Origin: Verrucomicrobiota bacterium
GTDB taxonomy: Bacteria; Verrucomicrobiota; Verrucomicrobiia; Limisphaerales; CANJXF01
Reading direction: 5' to 3'
DNA length: 21,165 nucleotides
Assembly: GCA_038214755.1 (NCBI GenBank)
Contig: JBBQRQ010000088.1
Coordinates: 1-21,165 of the forward strand
In this document: piece after piece, positions 1-9,800 of the stretch
How positions within the stretch are numbered: position 1 is the first letter of the stretch
Layout of the letters: every line of letters starts with the position of its first letter
The notes under the pieces: generated by a model
Told to the model about the DNA's origin: nothing
The model's database searches: none
Seen by the model: the letters and a program-made list of their open reading frames with translations, nothing else
Position numbers and translations under genes: made by a program

Positions 1-76
1 CGTTCTTCGTCCGCGTTTTTTCAGGAAAAGAAATTTACGTCGCAATAAACGCGCGGACGAAGAACGTCCGCGCTCC
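1..76. repeat. Inverted REP-like doublet (family GGAGCGCGGAC-N-GTCCGC), left copy truncated by window edge
   Basis: CGTTCTTCGTCCGCG (1-15) is the exact reverse complement of 52-66. The right copy is itself a hairpin, GCGGACG-AAGAA-CGTCCGC, followed by GCTCC. Confidence 0.6.
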
Positions 77-97
77 TCTTTGTGGCGGCGCTCCACC

Positions 98-123
98 CAC
101 CCGCCGGAGGCAGATGCTCCCCG
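98..123. repeat. Single copy of the window's main REP (GGAG variant)
   Basis: CACCCGCCGGAGGCAGATGCTCCCCG is one mismatch from the copies flanking the RAYT domain in priA. Confidence 0.85.
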
Positions 124-157
124 TCACCTCGAGTTCCATGCAGCGATTCTCATCCAA

Positions 158-1477
158 ATGAATTCCGCCCTCCGCCAGTGGTTTCGGCCCGCGCCTCCCA
201 TCCCACGCTTGCCCGACGCGGAAGTGCAATGCCTTTATCCGCGTTTTCGCTGGCAGGTTTTTGAAGCGGCCTTCATGGCCTACGCCATGTTTTACCTCGT
301 GCGAAATAATTTTTCGCCGGTGCAAAAAGAAATTGGCGAGGCGCTCCACTACACCAAGTCGATGCTCGGCGACATCATCGCCGGAACCTCCATCGCTTAT
401 GGCATCGGCAAATTTGTCATGGGTTATCTCGCGGATCGCAGCGACGCGCGCAAATACATGGCGGTTGGAATGTTGCTCACGGCGGCATTGAATTTTTCCT
501 TCGGCGCGACGCATACCTTTGGAATTCATTTTTGGCTCTGGACGCTCAACGGTTTTGTGCAAGGCATGGGATACGGCCCCTGCACCCGCGGATTGTCGCA
601 CTGGTATAGCGCAAAAGAACGCGGAACCATTTTCGGGATTTGGAATATTTCGCATAACGTCGGCGGTGGAATCGCCGGATACCTTGCCGCGAAATGTGCT
701 GAGCGATGGGGCTGGCAATCGGCTTTTTACGTGCCGGGAATTATTACGACTCTCGGCGCGATTTATCTTTTCTGGCGGATGCGCGACACACCGCAATCAG
801 TCGGCTTGCCTCCCATTGAAGAATACAAAAACGATTGGCCGCCCGACGAAAAAGAGGAACACGAACGGGAACTTTCCGCGCGGGAGCTTCTGCTGAAATA
901 TATTTTGCCGAACAAAATGCTTTGGATTCTGGCGCTGGCGAATGTGTTCGTTTACATCGCTCGCTACGCCATGGTCGATTGGGGGCCGACCTATCTTAAA
1001 GAAGTAAAAGGCGCGTCGCTCGGTGAGGGCGGATTCAGCACGACGGTCATTGAGTTCGCGGGCGGCGCGGGGATGCTGACGATGGGCTGGCTCTCGGACA
1101 AACTCGGTGGACGCCGCGCCCGCGTTAGCGTGATGGCGATGATTCCGCTGCTCATCGCGTTTTACAGCATCATCATTGTTCCCGCCGAGAAACTTTGGAT
1201 CGACATGGTTCTTTTCGGCATCATCGGATTTTGCGTCTATGTGCCGGTGATGTTTTCCGGCGTGATGTCGTTGGACCTGACTTCAAAAAAAGCGGTGGGC
1301 ACTGCGGCGGGATTCGTGGGTTTTTTCGGCTATGTCGGGCGAACCATCGAAGGCAAAGGAATCGGTTGGGTCACACAACACTACGGCTGGAACGCCGCGC
1401 TCTGGGGTGTGCTTGGCTGCACTGCGATGGGAATAGTTTTGCTGGCGTTTCTGTGGAATGTAAAGCCCCGGGGGTGA
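158..1477 (+). CDS. glpT: MFS organophosphate:Pi antiporter (OPA family), glycerol-3-phosphate transporter-like
   Basis: Motifs FRPAP..RLP, RWQVF...YLVRNNFS, WNISHNVGGG and MRDTPQSVGLPPIEEYKND closely match GlpT; hydrophobic pattern fits a 12-TM MFS protein. ATG 158 chosen because the extension to 80 runs through a REP. Substrate could instead be PgtP/UhpT-like. Confidence 0.8.
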   Translation: MNSALRQWFRPAPPIPRLPDAEVQCLYPRFRWQVFEAAFMAYAMFYLVRNNFSPVQKEIGEALHYTKSMLGDIIAGTSIAYGIGKFVMGYLADRSDARKYMAVGMLLTAALNFSFGATHTFGIHFWLWTLNGFVQGMGYGPCTRGLSHWYSAKERGTIFGIWNISHNVGGGIAGYLAAKCAERWGWQSAFYVPGIITTLGAIYLFWRMRDTPQSVGLPPIEEYKNDWPPDEKEEHERELSARELLLKYILPNKMLWILALANVFVYIARYAMVDWGPTYLKEVKGASLGEGGFSTTVIEFAGGAGMLTMGWLSDKLGGRRARVSVMAMIPLLIAFYSIIIVPAEKLWIDMVLFGIIGFCVYVPVMFSGVMSLDLTSKKAVGTAAGFVGFFGYVGRTIEGKGIGWVTQHYGWNAALWGVLGCTAMGIVLLAFLWNVKPRG

Positions 1478-1543
1478 CCGCTTTTCCAAGTCAAATTTGA
1501 AACGAATGTTGAGTCCTCAGCGATTGTGCGCCAGAATAGCAGC

Positions 1544-1783
1544 ATGGCAACGCTATCCCTAACCGAGGAGCAGGTCGTGCAATTGGTTAAACAGTTGCCG
1601 CCCCAAAGCAAGCAACGTGTTCTTATTGACCTCACGGCTGAACGCGATCAGTGGTGGCAAAAGGCGGCGCGCGAAGGCGAGAAGGATATGCTCCGACTCG
1701 CGGCAGCGCGCGGTTTAGATTGGGAAACGATGACCGAGGCGCAACGCGAAAGCTTTGTGGACCACCTTCTGCACGAATCGTGA
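1544..1783 (+). CDS. Small protein, putative antitoxin partner of downstream PIN protein
   Basis: 79 aa, MATLSLTEEQVVQLVKQLP. Its stop overlaps the next start (GTGA at 1780-1783), a typical type II TA layout. Confidence 0.65.
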   Translation: MATLSLTEEQVVQLVKQLPPQSKQRVLIDLTAERDQWWQKAAREGEKDMLRLAAARGLDWETMTEAQRESFVDHLLHES

Positions 1784-2193
1784 ATGGAATTCCTCGCGTC
1801 GTTTTTGACACAAACATTCTTTTTTCAGCCGTTGGCTGGCGGGGGAATCCGCATCGCTGTGTTCAAGTAGCTCGCGGAGGCAAATGCCTCTCCGTTACTT
1901 GCGAACAGATCCTCGCTGAACTCGTTGAAAAGCTTCGCCTCAAACGCGGCCTTGATGCCGGCCAGACAGCAGAAATTAGCGACGAGATTCGCGCTTTCTC
2001 CAAAGTCATTACGATTCCGGGTAAGTTGAAAGTGATCGCTGCTGACCCTGATGACGATGCCATTCTGGAATGCGCCGTAATCGGGGAGGCGCAGTATCTT
2101 ATCAGTGGTGACCGGCATCTGCTCGAATTGGCGAATTATCAGGGAATTCGAATTGTCAAAGCCACTGAGTTCCTGACGCTGTTGACAGCGTGA
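1780..2193 (+). CDS. PIN-domain protein (putative VapC-like toxin, PIN_3/TIGR00305-like)
   Basis: PIN acidic motifs VVFDTNIL, ILAELVEKL, DPDDDAILECA and LISGDRHLL; coupled GTG start at 1780. Confidence 0.85.
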   Translation: MNGIPRVVFDTNILFSAVGWRGNPHRCVQVARGGKCLSVTCEQILAELVEKLRLKRGLDAGQTAEISDEIRAFSKVITIPGKLKVIAADPDDDAILECAVIGEAQYLISGDRHLLELANYQGIRIVKATEFLTLLTA

Positions 2194-2296
2194 ACAAGGT
2201 TTAACTCCAACTCGTTGGGGTGCTTGAAATGTATGGTTTTCACCGGTTTCCTTTTCCTCGACCCACCGAGCCCTTCAAGGAGAGATCTCGGAGTTA

Positions 2297-2386
2297 TGGA
2301 CCAACAGGCTTTACGCCATCATCGGCTGCATCGTTCTTGGCATCGTGCTGCTCTCCTTTTGTGGGAACGTCAAACCACGAGGATGA
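2297..2386 (+). pseudogene. Decayed duplicate of the glpT-like gene's 3' end
   Basis: Translates WTNRLYAIIGCIVLGIVLLSFCGNVKPRG* versus the live C-terminus WNAALWGVLGCTAMGIVLLAFLWNVKPRG* (16/29 identical, ungapped, same stop position). Confidence 0.85.
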
Positions 2387-2389
2387 GGT

Positions 2390-2495
2390 AATTCCGAGAT
2401 CCGAATACCGAATACGACTTCCCGCCGAGAAAAGTTGCTCTGCTACGCGCACAGTTCCACAACGCTTCGGCATTCGGGATTCGGATTTCGGATTT
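2390..2495. repeat. Inverted heptamer-array hairpin (ATCCGAA / TTCGGAT units)
   Basis: AATTCCG AGATCCG AATACCG AATACGA ... TTCGGCA TTCGGGA TTCGGAT TTCGGAT. Confidence 0.75.
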
Positions 2496-2568
2496 GTAGC
2501 GGCGTTTCTGACCGCCGGTTTTTCGATTCAAAAATCAGCGGCGGTCACAGACGCGCCGCCACAAATCA

Positions 2569-2597
2569 TTGACGCAGAAAAGTTGCCTAATTAGTTT
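2569..2597 (+). promoter_or_regulatory. Candidate sigma70-type promoter for sdhCAB
   Basis: TTGACG - 17 nt - TAGTTT, ending 35 nt before the sdhC ATG. Confidence 0.5.
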
Positions 2598-2632
2598 CCC
2601 TCACGCGATTGCCTTTCGCGGCGGTCTCACCC

Positions 2633-3337
2633 ATGAACTTTGTCACTCGACTTTTTAATTCTTCGCTCGGAAAAAAATACATCATGTCGATCACTGGTTT
2701 TGCCATGGTCGGATTTGTCCTCGCGCATTTGCTCGGTAATTTGCAAATTTTTCTTGGCGCGGAAGCAATCAATCGTTACGGGCATTTTCTCCAGTCGAAT
2801 ATGGAATTAGTTTGGCCGGCGAGAATCGGTTTGCTCGTCATGCTGCTCCTGCATGTCTGGGCGGCGATAAAACTTTCGGCCGAAAATAAACGCGCCCGCC
2901 CAGTCGGCTACGTCGAGTGGAATCCCACCGCCGCCAGTTACGCCTCGCGCACGATGCTGATGAGCGGCTTGATCGTTTTTTGTTTCATCGTTTATCACCT
3001 GCTCCATTTCACCGCGCAAATCGAATACATCAATTTCACACAACAAAATTTTGTCGGCTTTGAAGACCCGCAAAAGCGGCACGATATTTTTCGGATGATG
3101 GTCGTCGGGTTCAGCAATCTTTGGGTTTCGCTGTTTTACATTTTGGGGATGGCGCTGCTCTCGCTCCATTTGAGCCACGGCGTCAGCGCGATGTTCCAAT
3201 CGCTCGGCTGGAAAAAAGATTCCTACGCGCCGTTGCTCGACAACTTCGCGCGCGCTTTTTCGATTTTTATTTTTGTGGGTTATTCGTCAATACCAGTGGC
3301 AATTCTGCTCGGCTTCGGAAAGGAGGCGCTGAAGTGA
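2633..3337 (+). CDS. sdhC: Succinate dehydrogenase/fumarate reductase cytochrome b subunit (b558-type)
   Basis: [31 protein letters not shown] and LHLSHG heme-ligand pattern; about 5 TM helices; upstream of the flavoprotein gene. Confidence 0.92.
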   Translation: MNFVTRLFNSSLGKKYIMSITGFAMVGFVLAHLLGNLQIFLGAEAINRYGHFLQSNMELVWPARIGLLVMLLLHVWAAIKLSAENKRARPVGYVEWNPTAASYASRTMLMSGLIVFCFIVYHLLHFTAQIEYINFTQQNFVGFEDPQKRHDIFRMMVVGFSNLWVSLFYILGMALLSLHLSHGVSAMFQSLGWKKDSYAPLLDNFARAFSIFIFVGYSSIPVAILLGFGKEALK

Positions 3338-3344
3338 AACAGCA

Positions 3345-3478
3345 AAAATCAAATCCCAAACACCAAACAAATTTCAAACACCAGGATTCCAAGGGGAGTT
3401 CACGGTTTTTGGAACGAGAAGGGGTTTGGTTTTTGGTGTTTGGAGTTTGGAGTTTTCAATTTGGTTTTTGGAATTTTT
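3345..3478. repeat. Inverted heptamer-array hairpin (ACACCAA / TTTGGNN units) between sdhC and sdhA
   Basis: AAAATCA AATCCCA AACACCA ... TTTGGTT TTTGGTG TTTGGAG TTTGGAG TTTTCAA TTTGGTT TTTGGAA. Confidence 0.8.
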
Positions 3479-3482
3479 AATT

Positions 3483-5399
3483 ATGCAACTCAATTCCCAA
3501 ATTCCGTCCGGCCCCATCGCGCAAAAATGGGACAAACATAAATTCGATCTCAAACTGGTTAATCCGGCGAACAAACGAAAATACGACGTGATTGTGGTCG
3601 GCTCGGGACTCGCGGGCGCGTCGGCGGCGGCGTCGATGGCTGAACTCGGTTACAACGTAAAATGTTTTTGTTTTCAGGATAGTCCGCGTCGCGCCCACAG
3701 CATCGCCGCACAAGGCGGGATCAACGCCGCGAAAAATTATCAGAACGACGGCGATTCGGTTTACCGGCTTTTTTACGACACGATCAAAGGGGGGGATTTT
3801 CGCGCCCGCGAGGCGAACGTCTATCGGCTCGCGCAAACCAGCGTGAGCATCATTGACCAATGCGTTGCGCAAGGCGTTCCGTTCGCCCGCGAATACGGCG
3901 GACTTCTCGCCAATCGCTCTTTCGGCGGAGCGCAAGTTTCGCGAACTTTTTATGCGCGCGGTCAAACCGGCCAGCAACTTTTGCTCGGCGCGTACCAAGC
4001 TCTCGAGCGGCAAATCGGTTTGGGCAAAGTGAAAATGTTTCCGCGGACTGAAATGCTGGAACTCGTCGTGATTGACGGCCACGCCAAAGGAATCATCGTC
4101 CGCGATTTGGTCACTGGAGAAATTTCCGCGCACGCAGCCGACGCCGTAGTCCTCGGCACGGGCGGATACGGAAATGTTTTTTATCTTTCGACCAACGCCA
4201 AACTTTGCAACACGACGGCGATCTGGCGCGCTTACAAAAAAGGCGCCGCTCTGGCGAATCCTTGCTACACGCAAATTCATCCGACCTGCATTCCAGTCAG
4301 CGGGGAACACCAATCGAAACTGACGTTGATGTCCGAGTCATTGCGCAATGACGGACGCGTCTGGACGCCGAAGCGAAAAGAGGATTGCGGAAAAGCTCCG
4401 GGCGCAATTCCCGAAGCGGATCGCGATTACATTTTGGAAAGAAAATATCCGAGCTACGGCAATCTTGCGCCGCGCGATATTTCCTCTCGCGCCGCCAAAG
4501 AAGCTTGCGATGAAGGACGCGGTGTTGGCCCCGGCGGACTTGGCGTTTATCTGGATTTTGCCGACGCCATCAAACGTCTCGGCGAAGCGACCGTGCGCGA
4601 ACGTTACGGAAATCTTTTCGACATGTACGAAAAAATCACCGGCGAAAATGCCTACAAAGTTCCGATGCGGATTTATCCGGCGGTGCATTACACGATGGGC
4701 GGAACGTGGGTGGATTACAATTTGATGAGCACGGTTCCGGGATTGTTCGTCATCGGCGAAGCAAATTTTTCCGATCACGGCGCGAACCGGTTGGGGGCGA
4801 GCGCGCTCATGCAAGGTCTGGCCGACGGCTATTTTGTTTTGCCTTACACGATTGGAAATTATTTCGCGGGCGCGAAACAGACAAAGCCCAAACTCGATCA
4901 CGCCGAATTTAAAAAAGCTTTGGACGAAGTTCAGTCGCGCACGAAACGGCTACTCTCGATCAAAGGCAAACGCACCGTGAATTCGTTTCACAAAGAACTC
5001 GGCAAGATCATGTGGGACAAGTGCGGCATGGCGCGTGACGAAAAGGGTTTGAAGGAAGCGCTTCAGCAAATCCCGGCGTTGCGCGAAGAATTTTGGACGA
5101 ACGTCAACGTCGCGGGCGAGAACGGTGAGTTGAATCAAAATCTCGAGCACGCGGGCCGCGTCGCCGATTTTTTGGAATTTGGCGAACTGCTTTGTATCGA
5201 CGCGCTGCATCGCCGCGAATCCTGCGGCGGACATTTCCGAACGGAATTTCAGACCGAAGACGGCGAAGCCAAACGCGACGACGAAAATTTTTCCTACGTC
5301 GCCGCTTGGGAATACGCCGGTGAAGGTCAGCCCCCAATTTTAAACAAGGAGCCGCTCGTCTATGAAGAAGTCCACATGAGCACGAGGAGTTATAAATGA
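3483..5399 (+). CDS. sdhA: Succinate dehydrogenase/fumarate reductase flavoprotein subunit
   Basis: VVGSGLAG dinucleotide fold, [10 protein letters not shown] (covalent FAD His), [37 protein letters not shown] 3483 chosen because the upstream extension is repeat-derived. Confidence 0.96.
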   Translation: MQLNSQIPSGPIAQKWDKHKFDLKLVNPANKRKYDVIVVGSGLAGASAAASMAELGYNVKCFCFQDSPRRAHSIAAQGGINAAKNYQNDGDSVYRLFYDTIKGGDFRAREANVYRLAQTSVSIIDQCVAQGVPFAREYGGLLANRSFGGAQVSRTFYARGQTGQQLLLGAYQALERQIGLGKVKMFPRTEMLELVVIDGHAKGIIVRDLVTGEISAHAADAVVLGTGGYGNVFYLSTNAKLCNTTAIWRAYKKGAALANPCYTQIHPTCIPVSGEHQSKLTLMSESLRNDGRVWTPKRKEDCGKAPGAIPEADRDYILERKYPSYGNLAPRDISSRAAKEACDEGRGVGPGGLGVYLDFADAIKRLGEATVRERYGNLFDMYEKITGENAYKVPMRIYPAVHYTMGGTWVDYNLMSTVPGLFVIGEANFSDHGANRLGASALMQGLADGYFVLPYTIGNYFAGAKQTKPKLDHAEFKKALDEVQSRTKRLLSIKGKRTVNSFHKELGKIMWDKCGMARDEKGLKEALQQIPALREEFWTNVNVAGENGELNQNLEHAGRVADFLEFGELLCIDALHRRESCGGHFRTEFQTEDGEAKRDDENFSYVAAWEYAGEGQPPILNKEPLVYEEVHMSTRSYK

Positions 5400-5401
5400 G
5401 G

Positions 5402-5658
5402 ATATCACAAACTGTGACATCCTTTGAACTGTATGAACAAAACCAAATCTCTCATTCCAGCGGAACGAATTGAGCGCGCGATCTATTTCGTTCGCGGCGA
5501 AAAAGTGGTTTTGGATCGCGATTTAGCGATGCTCTATGGAGTTGAAACGCGCGTCCTTAATCAAGCCGTGAGACGCAATCTCGACCGGTTCCCGAAAGAT
5601 TTTATGTTCACGTTGGGGCGGGAAGAGATTCGGAGCATATCACAAATTGTGACATCCT
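5402..5658. repeat. 22-bp quasi-palindromic direct repeat, copies at 5402-5423 and 5637-5658
   Basis: ATATCACAAACTGTGACATCCT and ATATCACAAATTGTGACATCCT (1 mismatch); core TCACA-N3-TGTGA. Confidence 0.8.
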
Positions 5659-5999
5659 CTGGAGTTAAATTTTCCAAAAGTGTTTTTGTTTTTTCTGAAC
5701 AAGGCGTGGCGATGTTGTCCACCGTGTTGAAAAGTCCCCGCGCTATTCAAGTGAATATAGAAATCATGCGCGCGTTCGTGCGCCTGCGGCAAATGCTGGC
5801 TTCCAATGCCGAACTCTCAAATCGCCTCGATAAATTGGAAAAGAAATATGACCGTAAATTCAAAGGTGTCTTTAATGCGATTCGAGATTTGATGGAGCCG
5901 CTCACGCCGCTCAAACCAACGCACGGGCGCGAGATTGGTTTTCACACTCAGTTCCCTCCAACGCCCAAGAAAAAATCCAAACGTCCTCGTAATTCATAA
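5433..5999 (+). CDS. ORF6N (KilA-N-like) domain putative DNA-binding protein
   Basis: [78 protein letters not shown], coiled coil and IGF tail. Confidence 0.85.
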   Translation: MNKTKSLIPAERIERAIYFVRGEKVVLDRDLAMLYGVETRVLNQAVRRNLDRFPKDFMFTLGREEIRSISQIVTSSGVKFSKSVFVFSEQGVAMLSTVLKSPRAIQVNIEIMRAFVRLRQMLASNAELSNRLDKLEKKYDRKFKGVFNAIRDLMEPLTPLKPTHGREIGFHTQFPPTPKKKSKRPRNS

Positions 6000-6019
6000 A
6001 TCCCAAATCGTAAATCGAA

Positions 6020-6787
6020 ATGAATTTAACTTTGAAAGTTTGGCGGCAGAAAAACGCGAATGACACGGGGGGAATCGTTACTTACGAAGCCCACAACATC
6101 ATTCCCGACATGTCGTTTCTCGAGATGCTCGACGTGGTGAATGAGGATTTGATCGCGCGCGGAGAAGATCCGATCGCCTTCGACTCCGACTGTCGCGAAG
6201 GAATTTGCGGGACTTGCTCAATGGTCGTTAACGGCATCGCCCATGGCCAACGCGCGACAACGGTCTGCCAATTGCACATGCGCCATTTTAATGACGGCGA
6301 CACCATCACCATCGAGCCATGGCGCGCGGCGGCATTTCCCGTCATCAAAGATTTGGTCACGGACCGAAGCGCGTTTGATCGCATCATTGCGTCGGGCGGT
6401 TTTGTTTCCGTGAACACAGGCGGCACACCGGATGGGAACGCATTGCCCATTCCGAAACTTGATGCGGATGAAGCGATGGATGCGGCGGCCTGCATCGGAT
6501 GCGGCGCGTGCGTGGCTGCGTGCAAAAATGCGTCTGCCATGCTTTTTGTTTCCGCAAAAGTTTCGCATCTCGCGCTGTTGCCGCAGGGAAAAGCAGAGGC
6601 GGAACGACGTGTTCTGAAGATGGTGAAGACGATGGACGAGGCCGGTTTTGGAGCTTGCACTGTGACTGGCTCGTGCGAAGCGGTTTGTCCAAAAGAAATC
6701 AGTTTGGATTTTATTGCGAAGATGAATCGGGAATACGGCAAAGCCATGTTGAAAAATCGTCTTCAGGCAAACTCGAGCGCTAACTGA
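6020..6787 (+). CDS. sdhB: Succinate dehydrogenase/fumarate reductase iron-sulfur subunit
   Basis: Fe-S motifs [10 protein letters not shown]...[16 protein letters not shown] and [12 protein letters not shown]. Confidence 0.95.
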   Translation: MNLTLKVWRQKNANDTGGIVTYEAHNIIPDMSFLEMLDVVNEDLIARGEDPIAFDSDCREGICGTCSMVVNGIAHGQRATTVCQLHMRHFNDGDTITIEPWRAAAFPVIKDLVTDRSAFDRIIASGGFVSVNTGGTPDGNALPIPKLDADEAMDAAACIGCGACVAACKNASAMLFVSAKVSHLALLPQGKAEAERRVLKMVKTMDEAGFGACTVTGSCEAVCPKEISLDFIAKMNREYGKAMLKNRLQANSSAN

Positions 6788-6822
6788 CAATTTCCATTAA
6801 GAAATGTTCCTTTCTTTCTTTC

Positions 6823-6858
6823 AAAAAAAGAGCCAGCCTGGAAAAACCAAGCTGGCTC
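6823..6858 (-). terminator. Intrinsic terminator (U-tract on minus strand; lies between convergent genes)
   Basis: Minus strand reads GAGCCAGCTTGG-TTTTT-CCAGGCTGGCTC-TTTTTTT, starting 13 nt after the stop of the 1367-aa gene. Confidence 0.8.
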
Positions 6859-6871
6859 CCGGAAGATCAAA

Positions 6872-9800
6872 TCACCTTTTTATCAGCCGATAGAATTTAT
6901 TTCCGCTGGCCGCGCTCTCTACCGCCGTAGTTTGTCCCACCGTGGTGATGTCTGTCCAAACGATTGTCGGCGTTAAACTCGGCGTTCCCTGCAAGACCGC
7001 GCTCGAATCTGTCCAGGATAGTGTAACCGTCGATCCCGCGCGCGAGATGGTTAACACAAGCGGAGCGCCGACTGGCGGGACGATGTTAAAAGCTACCAGT
7101 CCGTTGTTGGCGTCCAATGAATAAACGCGGTTCGAGACCACCACCGTTTGACAGATTGAATTAGCATTGGCCACCTGGTTGGATGGAAAAGGATACTGCG
7201 AAATTAACATGGGTGTTGTTGGATCGGAAATATCATACAGCGTCACCGTATCAGGCCTACTGGTCGCATTGCCGACGAAATCGACCCCTGCAAACAGGGC
7301 GTGCGCGGTATCCACAGCCCCGCCACCGAGAGTTGCTGAGAAATCTGTACCAAACAGCAAGGACGTGGTTTGGTTGGTGACGTTGTAAACGGAATAATAC
7401 AACGGGGCTCCCCGGCGTTTTTCATAAACAGTATTGTTCGTTCCAAATTGAATGCTTCGTCCAATCGAACCTCCTCCGGCGGCATCCGCGAAAAACGAAT
7501 TGGTGAAGTTTGTCACGGTCGTATCCGTGGGTTTGAGGACAGCGCCAAAGTTTCCTTCAAAGGAATTTAAAACCAATTCCGTATTTGTGCCGCTGCCTCG
7601 CGCTGCCATAACATCGCCCCATCGCAGATTGAGGCCCGCAGGCTGGCCGCTGGGATCTCCTTGATAGACCAGCGTTGGCGCAGTGTTTGAGCCTGAATCT
7701 GCCCAGCGAAACACATGCATCATTTTGGTCGTATTACCAGCGGCCCCGCCGGAAGCATTAGGACTCTCGCTGCAAATGTAAATGGCTCCGTCATCGGCCA
7801 CGCCAGCCGCAACGAGATCAATCGGATTTGCACCGGGAACCTCCGATGGTCCTTCATGTATCACGCCGGTTGTATTCAGGGTGTACAGGTTGGCTCCGGT
7901 GGCTGCATCCACCACCCAGACCGTGTAGGCCGTGCTACCTGGAGGGCATCGCACAACGACCAATTGATTCGATCGCGAATTATAAGCGAAGGAACGTTCG
8001 TTAGGCGTATTAGCTCCGCCGTCACTCGTGACATAGGGATAGTTCGTGTTCCCTGCCGGCGCGGCCCAGGCTTGTGTAAGGGTATAAACATTATTTGATA
8101 GCCCAATGCTGACGTGCGCTACCAGACTGGTAATAGACCCATTGATATTAGTAGCGATAGCAAAGTAGTCACCGGCTGCGCTACTCTGCGCGTTCGGGAT
8201 AGGATAGCTGTTTCCTCTAACTCCGGTATCCACAGGCGAATTTGTTCCTTTGAACCATTGGATGGTGGCAAGTTGATCAATAGATACCCCCAATGCGCCG
8301 CTACTACCTTCCAGGATGCGCAAGTTTTTCGGCTGGGCCAAAATTTTCGGCGGCGGAGTTATGCCACCAGCAAGAACAAAGGCTGATATGCCGTTATTCC
8401 CGTTAATAACAAATACGTAATTTGTGTTTGATAATGGATTAAATGCGAAGACAACTTGAGCGACAGCAGGGGTATTGCCTTTGTGCAGTCCGGTAAGTGT
8501 CCCGCCGGGTAAGTTTTGCTTGCTTAACAAGACCGCCTGGGCTGGGTCGGTAAAATCATAATAGTCCAAAGTATCTTGCGATGTGGTGCTGTCGGCGGTA
8601 ATTCCTCCAACGAAATTAACGGTGGCGATCACGTTCAACGAAAAATTAATTCCCGCCGGGCCATTGGTAAATAAAGGCAATCCGACATTAGCCAGCACGA
8701 GAGGGGAAAGACCGCCCCCCGTCGTGTAACTCATCTCAGCCAGAGGCGCGCCCGCTGCGGCGTTGTATCGTTTCTGCCAAAAGGTGTTGCCAATTCCAAA
8801 CTGCAAACTACGGCCGACGGTCACTCCATAAGCTTCGGAGCCATAACTGCCTTGGATGTTTTGAAGGAGATAAGGTGTAGATGACCAGTTTGTCATCGTC
8901 GTATCGGTTGGATGAAGGATGGCGACATATTTCGCAGTGTTGCCGCTGTCGAGAATGATTTCGGTATTCAGTCCTGAACCGCGCACGGCAAGGGTGTCAC
9001 CGAAACGAAAGGTTTGGCCGCCAGTGAAGTCCGCAATTGGATTCGCCAACCCAGCCGAAGAATTTGTGCCGTAGATAATTTGCGGGATGGTATTTGAGCC
9101 TGTGTCCGCCCAACGATAAACTCTGAACGAATTATCAGTCGCTGCGTTAGCCGCGTAAACCGCGCCGTCGTCGGCTACACCGATACCGGCCAGAGTAAGC
9201 GAGTTTCCGCCTGAAATACCATTGGTCTTTAGCGTGTATAAAATTGCGCCGTTATCCGGATTAATCACAAAAACGGTGGGCAACGTATTCACCACCCCCC
9301 TCACCACTAATAACTGATTAGAGAGTGAATTATAAGCGATAGTCTTTTCCTTTGGATTAGCCCCTCCATTCGACGTAATGTAATTTGTCGCATCACTGGA
9401 GGTATTTGCGGCAATGCTCCAGAGCGAGTTGAGATGAAAAAAATCCGCCACACTCACCACCCTCAAAGTAGAATTGGAGCTTGTGATTGTTCCTGCCGGA
9501 TTGCTGGCGACCACCTTGTAAACCGTGCCCGACAAGTTTGTTTGAACATTCGGCACATCAATATAATAAGTAGTCGCGCCGGCGATAGCGACGTTGTTGG
9601 AGAACCATTGGTAGTTGGTAACGTCAGTGATAGCGATGACTTCAAAATGCGCGGTCTGCCCCACAGCTATGCGGGTAGAGGACGGCAAATCCTGGACGAA
9701 GGTAGGAGCCAACAATGGAATAGAATCAACGGTGCTGGCTAACAAACCGTTGTTCACCACATTTGCATACAGCCGCCCACCGCCGAAGTCTAAGTAACCC

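Noticed and set aside
80..157. N-terminal extensions in the ORF track (also 1651-1779, 3426-3482, 17366-17539)
   Set aside because: They are translations of REP or heptamer repeats or overlap the upstream gene; family similarity begins at the downstream starts.
35..796. Long antisense or alternate-frame ORFs (also 3477-4313, 6082-6747, 16583-17374, 18442-18993)
   Set aside because: They shadow well-supported genes, as expected in GC-rich coding DNA.
2220..2594. 124-aa ORF as a real gene
   Set aside because: It runs out of frame over the glpT remnant, a heptamer hairpin and the candidate sdh promoter, with no recognisable motif.
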